From contig JBDLKA010000017.1 of assembly GCA_039714075.1 (NCBI GenBank), forward strand, positions 1-50,907: DNA of 50,907 bases. The letters run 5' to 3'. A model generated the notes under the pieces. The model was given only the letters and a program-made list of their open reading frames with translations, ran no database searches and was not told where the DNA came from. How positions within the stretch are numbered: the stretch's first letter is position 1; each line of letters begins with the position of its first letter. The translations under genes were made by a program, and so were the position numbers. Below, piece by piece: positions 20,136 to 28,644 of this stretch. The DNA comes from Candidatus Krumholzibacteriota bacterium. GTDB lineage: Bacteria; Krumholzibacteriota; Krumholzibacteriia; LZORAL124-64-63.

Positions 20136-20483
20136 TTGATCATCCGCAAACTTGACGACGTCGCCAAGACCCCGGTGGACCTGGAGGGCGTCAAGGGCAT
20201 CACCAAGCAGCTCGTGATCGGCAGCGGCGACGGGGTGCCCAACTTCTCGTTCCGGGTCTTCACCCTGGAGCCGGGCGGCCATTCGCCCCATCACAACCAC
20301 GAGGTGGAGCATCTCAATTTCGTCCTGTCGGGCCGGGGCGCGCTGATGGACGGCGACGGCAACGCCAACCCCCTCGAATCCGGCGAATTCGCCTTCGTGC
20401 CGCCCTACGAGACTCATCAATTCCGCAATACCGGCGACGAGCCTTTCGTGTTCATCTGCGCGGTGCCGAAGGAATACGAATAA
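20136..20483 (+). CDS. Cupin-domain protein
   Basis: TTG start after AAGGAGG; HSPHHNHEVEH and FVPPYETHQF cupin motifs. Confidence 0.9.
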   Translation: MIIRKLDDVAKTPVDLEGVKGITKQLVIGSGDGVPNFSFRVFTLEPGGHSPHHNHEVEHLNFVLSGRGALMDGDGNANPLESGEFAFVPPYETHQFRNTGDEPFVFICAVPKEYE

Positions 20484-21528
20484 CCCCCGGCGGCAGGCCC
20501 CCGCGCTCGTGCCACAACCGGTGGCACGCCGAACAAAGCGTGATCAGGTTGTCCGGATCGTTGCCCCCGCCCCGGGACCGCGCTTTGATGTGATGCACTT
20601 CGAGAAAGCGGGTGTTCGCACAGCCCGGCGCGCGGCAACGATGGCCGTCCCGACCGAGCACTTCGCCGCGCCGGCCTGGCGGAATCAGGGAACGATTCCT
20701 TTTGCCGGGCTCCTTCACCCGGGCGTCGCAGGCCAGCCTATCGCGTTCGGCCCGGCTCAATTCGAGATCCCCCCGGCTGGTCGCGATCGTCGCGCGGCGG
20801 CAATCGGGACAGCTGTGGACATGGACCTGGACCGATGCCCCCCGGGGGGCAACACCCGGAGAATCCCCTGTCGCCCTTTCAATTACCCGACCCGATGTTC
20901 CCCGCTGTTCCACCAGCAGGGCCAGCCCCTGCAGCATGGTTTCCACCTTGTCGCCCATCGCGCCCAGCTTGTGCAGCTTCTCGACCAGGGCTTCGTAGCG
21001 CGCGAACTGGGCCGGCGTCATTTCCAGATTGACCCGTACCGGAACTTCGGCGGCCAGGGCCCCGACCTGCGGCTCCGGCAAAAGCTCGCCTTGCCCGGCA
21101 CTGCGCCGCCGCGCCTTTTCCTTCACCCGCTTGACCTTCCGCGCCAGCTCCTGCCGGGTCGATGATTTCGCCTCCTCGACCCACCCCTTCTCGGTCCGGG
21201 GCGTGGCGACCTTGATGAGCTCGCGGGCCTTGGTGTAGCCCAACTCGCCCCTGCTGACCGATTCCCGGACCACCGGCAGCTCTGCCAGTTTGCGGGCGAG
21301 CCGGATGAAATCGCCCGTCCGGGTCCGGGACCACTTCAGTTCGGCTTGCGCATACTGGTAGATGGACGAGTAGCCCAATTCGCGGAACAGACCCCTGCGC
21401 AGGATCTCGCCAAACCAGGTGACGGCGGAATGCTCCGCTTTCTCCAGCGCCGCTACCGCCTGTTTCAGGGCCCGGTCGGCCTGGATGGCCGTACTCATTT
21501 TTTGAAGATCGGGAATGGGGGATTTCAT
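20452..21528 (-). CDS. HNH endonuclease with DUF222-like N-terminal region
   Basis: RDGHRCRAPGC...LEVHH...GGGNDPDNLITLCSACHRLWH; N-terminal LFRELGYSSIYQYA; GGAGGTG RBS. Confidence 0.88.
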   Translation of the reverse strand: MKSPIPDLQKMSTAIQADRALKQAVAALEKAEHSAVTWFGEILRRGLFRELGYSSIYQYAQAELKWSRTRTGDFIRLARKLAELPVVRESVSRGELGYTKARELIKVATPRTEKGWVEEAKSSTRQELARKVKRVKEKARRRSAGQGELLPEPQVGALAAEVPVRVNLEMTPAQFARYEALVEKLHKLGAMGDKVETMLQGLALLVEQRGTSGRVIERATGDSPGVAPRGASVQVHVHSCPDCRRATIATSRGDLELSRAERDRLACDARVKEPGKRNRSLIPPGRRGEVLGRDGHRCRAPGCANTRFLEVHHIKARSRGGGNDPDNLITLCSACHRLWHERGGLPPGVIRIPSAPRR

Positions 21529-21579
21529 GGCACACCTCCGCGGAAAAAGGATTGGGAGGAGGTCTCCAATATACGAAAA

Positions 21580-21641
21580 TTTGGCGAAAATGCCAGATAA
21601 ATCCCTACCCTTTTACACATTAATTCCGGTTTGGCGAAAAT
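21580..21641 (+). repeat. 12-bp direct repeat TTTGGCGAAAAT x2, 50 bp apart, in the divergent HNH/ECF intergenic region
   Basis: Copies at 21580-21591 and 21630-21641. Confidence 0.7.
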
Positions 21642-21767
21642 TGGCCCGACTTCAATTAACGAGGTCGAGCCATTTATGGTATCCTTTAATCAAGGCTGGA
21701 TGTCTGAAATCCGTGAAAAAAACCGGCTTAGGGTGTAACCAAAATGTCTCCTCGTGACCTTTATTCC

Positions 21768-22514
21768 ATGGACGACGGTGACGATTCCTCTCTCACGAGA
21801 CCCGAATCGAAAACCGGCGAGTTTCCCGAGTTTCCAGACGGGGATCACGGTCCTGATGGGGAGAAGGACATTTCCGATCTCGAAATCGAAAAAAAGTTTC
21901 TTCAACTCACCAGGATCGACACCGAGCAGTTCAAATTCTTCTACGAGAAGTATCACGATGTGATCTTCAATTACGTCTACTTGAAGACCGAGGACTACGA
22001 ACTGACGGGTGATCTGACGGGCGATGTTTTTCTGGAGGCCCTGGACAAGCTGGACAAGTTCACCTGGCAGGGTTATTCGTTCGGCGCGTGGTTGTTCCAC
22101 ATCGCCAGGCGGAAGGTGGCCCGGCATTATCGCCGGAAGTCGCACCCCGCGGAAAAGGTTTTCCAGTCCGAGATCCGGAGAACCAACCAGCCCGCCAGAC
22201 CCGACCAGGACGCCGTCCGCAACCAGGATCTGGAACTGGTGCGGGAATGCATGCGAAGTCTGGGGCCCGACAAGCACGACGCCCTGGTGCTTCATTACTG
22301 GCTCGATTTGACGGTGCGGGAAATCGCGCTGATCATGAAAACGAGCGAAAGCAACGTGAAGAAGCATTTGGTACGCGGCCGACGGCAGATGCTCAAGTGG
22401 TTCCGGGACAACGGATTGGATTGGGGCTTGTCGGAAATCGGCCAAAAGGTAATGCGGGAGGCAGGTGCCCACGAATCGGGATGGCATCTGGTGGATGATC
22501 TGACTGGAAAATGA
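21768..22514 (+). CDS. ECF RNA polymerase sigma factor (start could be 21744)
   Basis: DLTGDVFLEAL, FGAWLFHIARR (region 2); LTVREIALIMKTSESNVKKHLVRGR (region 4). Confidence 0.9.
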   Translation: MDDGDDSSLTRPESKTGEFPEFPDGDHGPDGEKDISDLEIEKKFLQLTRIDTEQFKFFYEKYHDVIFNYVYLKTEDYELTGDLTGDVFLEALDKLDKFTWQGYSFGAWLFHIARRKVARHYRRKSHPAEKVFQSEIRRTNQPARPDQDAVRNQDLELVRECMRSLGPDKHDALVLHYWLDLTVREIALIMKTSESNVKKHLVRGRRQMLKWFRDNGLDWGLSEIGQKVMREAGAHESGWHLVDDLTGK

Positions 22515-22551
22515 TATCTGGAACTTGGAGTTCGGGGGATCGGAGAAAATC

Positions 22552-23232
22552 ATGAAGGACCATCTGGATAAATACATACACGACTCGAAGGTGATACTGC
22601 CCGACACGGGCGAGTACCGCCGGTTGAATCGTGCCCTGCTCAAGGAGCGGATGAATAAAGTCGCCCCCGACCGCGCCCGGCATCACAAACTGCTGGTGAT
22701 CGCCCTCAGCCTGGTGCTGGTCATGGGGCTGTCCGGGCAGGTCAGCCAGCTTGGGAGTGACGACTTCGATGCCGTCCCTGAAGACTTGTTGATGATCACG
22801 GGGAAAACCGTTTCCACCATGAAGAACGAATTCCGGAACACTAGATTTTCCGTTCCCCAGGATTATTCCCAGGAGGATCTTGAAGAACTCAACCGGTCAA
22901 TTGCCGCCGATGATGGAAAACTACTGGGGGTCACGGGAATCTCCTACGGTGGCAAGACGAAATGGTTGAAAGATGTCCAAATGGTCGTCAACGGAAAAAT
23001 CCTTGAAACCGGGATGAATTTGACAGACCGTCCCCACGAGAGACCCGACAACTTTGATGATTTCTTATTGGCCCATAACAAGGAAATTCATCTGTTGACC
23101 CGGTCCGAGCCGTTCCAAAGGGAAACCGTCATGACATTCGACGGCGTCGCGTGCAGGGTTCGTATTTGGGAGTTCCACTTCCCCGGATTCGGTCAGGTCA
23201 CCCGCTACGTGGGCACCCCCGTCCAGGAATGA
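22552..23232 (+). CDS. Single-TM protein, putative anti-sigma factor
   Basis: Directly follows the ECF gene; short N-terminal domain, TM LLVIALSLVLVMGL, then a soluble domain; GGAG RBS. Confidence 0.6.
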   Translation: MKDHLDKYIHDSKVILPDTGEYRRLNRALLKERMNKVAPDRARHHKLLVIALSLVLVMGLSGQVSQLGSDDFDAVPEDLLMITGKTVSTMKNEFRNTRFSVPQDYSQEDLEELNRSIAADDGKLLGVTGISYGGKTKWLKDVQMVVNGKILETGMNLTDRPHERPDNFDDFLLAHNKEIHLLTRSEPFQRETVMTFDGVACRVRIWEFHFPGFGQVTRYVGTPVQE

Positions 23233-23255
23233 CTTGAACGCTGATTCCGGTACTA

Positions 23256-23438
23256 TTAATCCGGTACTGTATCCACCTGAATCTGATTGGTCGAAAAGTT
23301 CCTGGCGACGATAACGCCGTCGGGTTCTTCAGGAACTTCCGTCGCCGAATTGCAGACGCACTGGCAATCGTCCTGGCGGATGGTTTCCGTTTTTTCCTTC
23401 TCCGGGACCTTGGTTTCGGTATCGAGCTTGATATACAT
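23256..23438 (-). CDS. Putative RiPP precursor peptide with CxCxC core (60 aa)
   Basis: AGGGGG RBS; MYIKLDTETKVPEKEKTETIRQDD-CQCVC-NSATEVPEEPDG...; 49 nt downstream of the rSAM gene on the same strand. Confidence 0.75.
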   Translation of the reverse strand: MYIKLDTETKVPEKEKTETIRQDDCQCVCNSATEVPEEPDGVIVARNFSTNQIQVDTVPD

Positions 23439-23487
23439 TCCCGTCCCCCTTTTTTATGGTTGAGTGAAACCCATCGTGGTCATCCTA

Positions 23488-24984
23488 TCACGCCACGATC
23501 GTATCATCAAGGAACGCTTTGGCTTCACTCGGCATCGACAAGATGGCGGCCATCATCCTGAGCGTCCTGTCCAAGCGCCTTCTTACGCCTTCGCACATCG
23601 CTTCGGGAACGGGAAAATCCCCGGTTGCATGGTCTGCGCTTTCCGCCTGGGCCGCAAAACAGACACCGCACATCCGCAGGGCGAAACAGGAGCCGCAGCG
23701 GTCGTTGACCTCCGCGAAAAATCCCTCCTGCAGGCCGCGCACCGCCTCGGGCCTGATTCCCGATTCGAGATCCCCCAGGTTCAGCAGATCACCCGTGCGC
23801 TCGCAGGGCTGCAGGCGGCCGTTCACGGTCACGTGCAGTTTGCGGCGTCCGGGCCGGCAATTTCCGCCTGGAGTATAACGATCGCCCAAGGGCCCCCGGG
23901 ACCGGTGGTGGAATCGGATGAGGTCCGGTTCGAACAGCGCGCGGATGACCGGGCTCAACCGCAATCGCCGCCCGTCCCTGACCGCGGCCAGGTATTCATC
24001 CTGCACCCTTTCCATCTGAACAGGGGCCGGTTCCCCGGCGGCCGGCCAATCCTGGCCGCGCAGGTTGGCGAAATTCACCGTGACCTCGGGCTGGACCTTG
24101 ATTCCGTGGCGGACATACGGGGGGAAATCCGCGAAAAACTCCGCCACCGCTTCCAGATCAACCGGCGGCGCCAGGGTGGTGACGAAGATCAGTCGCCGGG
24201 CCGCCGCGGGATCCCGCACCAACAACCGGTCGACACCCTCCATGATCAGGTCGAAAGTCGCTGCCCCGCCAGTGTCGATACGGCAACGGTCATGAATCTC
24301 CCGGGGCCCGTCCAGACTGATTTGCAGGTGCATCTTCTCCCGCAGAATCAGGTCGACGGCCCGATCGTCCAGCAGCACGCCGTTGGTGTCGACCGCGAAT
24401 CTGAGGTCATCCCCCCGGGCATGAGCCCGACTCACCGCCACGATATCTTCGATCAACCCGATCTCGAGCAACGGTTCGCCCCCGTAGAACGAAATCACCG
24501 GTGGCTGGTCGGGGTCGCTGCGGTCCAGGAAGTAGTTCACCGCCCTGGTCGAGGCGGCCAGGCTCATCGAACCCGAACCATGGTCCCGCACCCAATCCAG
24601 GTCGGCCCCGTGCAGGCAGTAGCGGCAGCGGAGATTGCACTTTTCGGTCAGGGAGAGCACCAGATGGCCCAGGCGGGTATCACAAACCCCCGGCTCGGAA
24701 AGCCGGGGGTCGGGGCGAACAAGAAGGGACTGCAGGGCGAGAAACAGTCCCTCCTCGATTTGAGCGGATTTTATTGTAGCACAGGCTTCTTTGATTTTCG
24801 ACAATAAAAAATCACTTTTCAGGATATGTTTTATCTCATTTTCGGAGTGCTTTCCGTACAAAGGCAGCACGGCCGCCAGCTCCGGCTCGACCGCCAGCAA
24901 CTCGTTCGACCCCACGTCGTAAACAAAATTGCCCCTTTCCGCCTCAAATAGGTGGCAATTGGGGACGTCTTTCTGTTCCTTCAT
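23488..24984 (-). CDS. Radical SAM/SPASM peptide maturase (CcpM-like)
   Basis: True start MKEQKD at 24984; N-terminal HLFE...FVYDVGSN domain; CNLRCRYC; FYGGEPLL; QISLDGP; SPASM region GGNCRPG...PCE...CGSC..RMCGVC...C. Confidence 0.9.
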   Translation of the reverse strand: MKEQKDVPNCHLFEAERGNFVYDVGSNELLAVEPELAAVLPLYGKHSENEIKHILKSDFLLSKIKEACATIKSAQIEEGLFLALQSLLVRPDPRLSEPGVCDTRLGHLVLSLTEKCNLRCRYCLHGADLDWVRDHGSGSMSLAASTRAVNYFLDRSDPDQPPVISFYGGEPLLEIGLIEDIVAVSRAHARGDDLRFAVDTNGVLLDDRAVDLILREKMHLQISLDGPREIHDRCRIDTGGAATFDLIMEGVDRLLVRDPAAARRLIFVTTLAPPVDLEAVAEFFADFPPYVRHGIKVQPEVTVNFANLRGQDWPAAGEPAPVQMERVQDEYLAAVRDGRRLRLSPVIRALFEPDLIRFHHRSRGPLGDRYTPGGNCRPGRRKLHVTVNGRLQPCERTGDLLNLGDLESGIRPEAVRGLQEGFFAEVNDRCGSCFALRMCGVCFAAQAESADHATGDFPVPEAMCEGVRRRLDRTLRMMAAILSMPSEAKAFLDDTIVA

Positions 24985-25159
24985 GAATAGGCATCCTTCC
25001 GTGGCGGCTCGATCGGGACTATGCGCTACATCATTGGACTCCACCACTTTGTCTTTTCCCCCTCGATTCGGCACACACCTTGCGGAGGCTTCGAGCCCGG
25101 ACGTCAAGTGTAACACGTCCGCGGGCAACCGACATAGCAGGTCCAAACGGGGGTCGATC

Positions 25160-27220
25160 ATGGCTGCAGTCAAGAAAAACACGCTGAACAACCACTTGCT
25201 GGCGCTGAAAAACGACGAATTGGTGTTCGAGAACGCTTTCCAGGGAATCAGTCGGATGATCCTGGACAGCGAGATCGAAAAAGTCGTCGTCAACGGCAAA
25301 ACCACCTACGATTTCAAGATTTTCCGTACGGGCAAGAAACATATCGTCGGCCTGTATGATGAAATCAACAGCTTCGTTTCCTACGTGAAGGACGCCGCCG
25401 AGGGCGGATCCTCGGCCGAAATGGCCTATGTCCTTGTGGGCGAACCGGGTAACGGCAAAACCTACTTCGTGGAGTACGTCAGCCGCCTGTACCGCGAATT
25501 CCTGGCTGAAAAACGGAACCGGAAATACAGTTTCCGCTTTACCGGACTGGATAATATCGGGTCATACGGCAAGATAACATCCATCGAAAGTCAGACTTAC
25601 GAGGATCCGGCCATCCTGGCGATGAATCTCTTCGAGACCCCCGGCGAGAATCGCGACTTCCTGGCCGCCAAAATCGGGCTGAGCGACGACCAGGTCGAAA
25701 ACCTGTTCGAGAACTACCGCCCCCTCGGCGCCTGCACCAGCTACATCTGGCACGACATCCGCACCGCCTGCGACGGCAACCTGACCAACATGCTGAACCA
25801 CGTGGAGATCATACCCGTGCCGCTGACTGAAAGCCTGGGCACGGTGACGGGCAAGTACCCCGCGAAGGACAAAATCACCTCCAGCGCCGTGGACCTGCTG
25901 GGCGAGGAGTCGATCCAGCGGCTGCTGCACATCACCGACACCAACAACCCCTACCGTTTCGATCTGCGGCGCGGCGCCCTGGCCCGCGTGGCCGGCGGCG
26001 GCATCCATTTCTCGGACGAGCTCTTCAAGAACAAGAAGGATCTCGTGCAAGTCTACCTGGGCGTGATCCAGAACCGGACCATCGAGATCGACGGTTTCAA
26101 GTGGCCGATCGACACCCTGATCGTCGCCACCAGCAACAACAGCGAGTTCAACCGCTTCCTGGCCGAGAAGGAAGAGGCGCCCATCGTGGACCGCTGCCGG
26201 ATCAGCTACATCTCCCACAACACGAACTACCTGCTGCAGGAGCAGCTCACGCAATACGCCATCGGCAGCGAAACCAAGACCACCCTGACCCGCGAGGACC
26301 TGCACCAGGATCCTAACCTGAACTACGCGGCCAGCGTGGCGGTGATCCTGTCCCGTCTGCCCCGCAGCGAGAAGCTGACCCCCATCGAAACGATGAAGCT
26401 GGCGGCCGGAGAGGTGGCGGGCGAAAAGAGCATCAAGGCCCTGGCCGAGGTGATCGACGCGCTGAGCCAGGACACCGACATCACCAACCGCTTCGGACAG
26501 AAGGGGCTGGGCCAGCGGAACCTAGGCCGGGCCATCCAGCTGCTGGTCGAAAGCAGCGAGACCAACGAGGGCAGCTGCATGTTCGCCAACCAGGTGTTCG
26601 ACACCGTCGAGCGCATCATCCTGGACTACGTGACGGACAACAACGACCGCGCCAAGTACCTCGAGGATCTGAAGACCGCGCGCGGCCTGTACCGCGAACG
26701 CATCATGACCGAGATGTTCAACGCCTACATGGACGAGCCCCAGGCCATCCGCAAGGACGTGATGAACTACGTGAACATGATCATCGGCATCGACGCCGAG
26801 CACCTCGGAGCCGACAAGATGTGGAAGTACAAGGATCCCCAGACGGGCGAACTGAAGGCCCTGAAGGTGGACGAGCGGTTCATCAAGAGCATCGAGGAGC
26901 GCCTGCAGCTGAAGACCGAGGAGCAGCGCGAGACCTTCCGCACGGCGATCCGCAAGATCTACGGGCAGAAGATCAGCCTGGACCCGAACTACGACTTCAT
27001 GGACAACCTCGAACTGGTCAAGGCCGTCACGGACGTGCGTCTGAAAAGCGACATCGCCGGCGCGGGCAGCCTGATCGGCGCCCTGGCCAACCGCACCAAC
27101 GAGGAGAACCAGAAACTGTACGACCGGATGATCGACACCATGCTGAACAAGCTGGGTTACTGCCGGACCTGCGCGCAGAAGACCATCGAGTACTTCTGCA
27201 CCCAGGAAGACGAAAACTAG
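25160..27220 (+). CDS. prkA: PrkA/YeaG-family AAA+ serine protein kinase, copy 1
   Basis: Walker A GEPGNGKT, FSDELFK, IVATSN, DRC; first gene of the yeaH/spoVR operon. Confidence 0.9.
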   Translation: MAAVKKNTLNNHLLALKNDELVFENAFQGISRMILDSEIEKVVVNGKTTYDFKIFRTGKKHIVGLYDEINSFVSYVKDAAEGGSSAEMAYVLVGEPGNGKTYFVEYVSRLYREFLAEKRNRKYSFRFTGLDNIGSYGKITSIESQTYEDPAILAMNLFETPGENRDFLAAKIGLSDDQVENLFENYRPLGACTSYIWHDIRTACDGNLTNMLNHVEIIPVPLTESLGTVTGKYPAKDKITSSAVDLLGEESIQRLLHITDTNNPYRFDLRRGALARVAGGGIHFSDELFKNKKDLVQVYLGVIQNRTIEIDGFKWPIDTLIVATSNNSEFNRFLAEKEEAPIVDRCRISYISHNTNYLLQEQLTQYAIGSETKTTLTREDLHQDPNLNYAASVAVILSRLPRSEKLTPIETMKLAAGEVAGEKSIKALAEVIDALSQDTDITNRFGQKGLGQRNLGRAIQLLVESSETNEGSCMFANQVFDTVERIILDYVTDNNDRAKYLEDLKTARGLYRERIMTEMFNAYMDEPQAIRKDVMNYVNMIIGIDAEHLGADKMWKYKDPQTGELKALKVDERFIKSIEERLQLKTEEQRETFRTAIRKIYGQKISLDPNYDFMDNLELVKAVTDVRLKSDIAGAGSLIGALANRTNEENQKLYDRMIDTMLNKLGYCRTCAQKTIEYFCTQEDEN

Positions 27221-27224
27221 AACC

Positions 27225-28631
27225 ATGGACGCCAAGGTAAAGGCACTCCTGGAACAACTCAGGGCCGCCGGATTTCCACCCGGCCGGGAAGCACTCCTGC
27301 GCCGTGAACTGGAAACCGGCGGTGACCATTCCCTGCCCGAGGCCCCGCCCGAGCCGGATTACACGCCCGGCATCGAGATCATCGAACGGGTTTTCAACAA
27401 CGTCTACCGCTACGGCGACCTGACCTTCGTCCAGGCCATGAGCACGCCCCGGGGCAGCTATACGGCGCGGATCGGCTCGCTGGACGACCTGATGGATCGC
27501 GACAGCAAGCGCGAAGAAGATGGTTTCCCCCGCAAGATCCGCATCGGCAAGCTGGTCAAGCCCGGCAAGAGCGGCCAGCAGAAGGTCGTCGTGGTGCCGA
27601 CCACGGTGGAGGAGAAATTCGTCCACGATTCCAATTTCCGCGAGGAGGCCGAAGGCGGCGGCGGGGCCGGCGGCAGCGGCGAGGGCGAAGAGGGCCAGGT
27701 CATCGGCGAACAGCCCGTCCGACCCCAGGAGGGCGAGGGCGAAGGCGCCGGACCCGGACAGGGCGAAAGCGGCCCCCACGAGATGGAGTCGAACGCCTAC
27801 GACCTGGGCAAGATCCTCACCGAACAGTTCCAGCTGCCCAACCTGAAGAAAAAGGGCAAGAAGCGGTCGCTGACCAAATTCACCTGGGACCTGACCGACC
27901 GGCACCGGGGCTTCGGCCAGCTGCTGGACAAGAAGGCCACCCTCAGGCAGATCGTCGAGACGAACATCAGCCTGGAGCGCATCGATCCCAGCGAACCGAT
28001 CGACACCAGCGACCTGCTGGTCTCCCCCCGGGACCGCGTCTACCGAATCCTGTCCAAGGAAAAGGACTTCGAGTCGCAGGCCATGATCTTCTTCCTGCGC
28101 GACTACTCCGGCTCGATGAGCGGCAAGCCCACCGAGGTCGTCGTCAGCCAGCACGTGATGATCTACAGCTGGATCCTGTACCAGTACGCGGGGCAGGTCG
28201 AGTCGAGGTTCATCCTGCACGACACCGAGGCCAAGGAAGTTCCGGACTTCTACACCTACTACAACAGCAAGGTGGCCGGCGGGACCAAGGTCGCCTCGTC
28301 GTTCCGGCTGGTGAACGAGATCGTGGCGAAAGAGAGCCTGGCCCGGGACTACAACATCTACGTTTTCCACGGCACCGACGGGGACGACTGGGACAGCGAA
28401 GGCAAGGAGTCGCTTCCCGAGATCGAGAAGATGATGGAATACGCCAACCGGATCGGCGTGACCATCGCCGAGAACTCGTACGGCACGCCGGGCGAATCCG
28501 AAGTCGAGAAATACCTGAAGGGATCGGGCCTGCTGGAAAAGAGGAAGGACCTGATCCGTCTGGACGTCATGTCCGAAAGCGCGGAGGAGCCGCGCATCAT
28601 CGAGGGCATCAAGAAACTGATCAGCGAATAG
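27225..28631 (+). CDS. yeaH: YeaH/YhbH (DUF444) vWA-like protein
   Basis: Gly/Glu-rich linker, LPNLKKKG, MIDAS-like DYSGSM...GGT...DGDDW. Confidence 0.9.
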   Translation: MDAKVKALLEQLRAAGFPPGREALLRRELETGGDHSLPEAPPEPDYTPGIEIIERVFNNVYRYGDLTFVQAMSTPRGSYTARIGSLDDLMDRDSKREEDGFPRKIRIGKLVKPGKSGQQKVVVVPTTVEEKFVHDSNFREEAEGGGGAGGSGEGEEGQVIGEQPVRPQEGEGEGAGPGQGESGPHEMESNAYDLGKILTEQFQLPNLKKKGKKRSLTKFTWDLTDRHRGFGQLLDKKATLRQIVETNISLERIDPSEPIDTSDLLVSPRDRVYRILSKEKDFESQAMIFFLRDYSGSMSGKPTEVVVSQHVMIYSWILYQYAGQVESRFILHDTEAKEVPDFYTYYNSKVAGGTKVASSFRLVNEIVAKESLARDYNIYVFHGTDGDDWDSEGKESLPEIEKMMEYANRIGVTIAENSYGTPGESEVEKYLKGSGLLEKRKDLIRLDVMSESAEEPRIIEGIKKLISE

Positions 28632-28644
28632 GGGATTTGACGAC

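Noticed and set aside
23246..23268. Short direct repeat TCCGGTACT x2 at the precursor stop
   Set aside because: Only 9 bp; insufficient to call a target-site duplication
24929..25305. Apparent head-to-head overlap of the rSAM and prkA ORFs
   Set aside because: Artefact of longest-ORF calling; plausible starts are 24984 (-) and 25160 (+), leaving a normal divergent intergenic region
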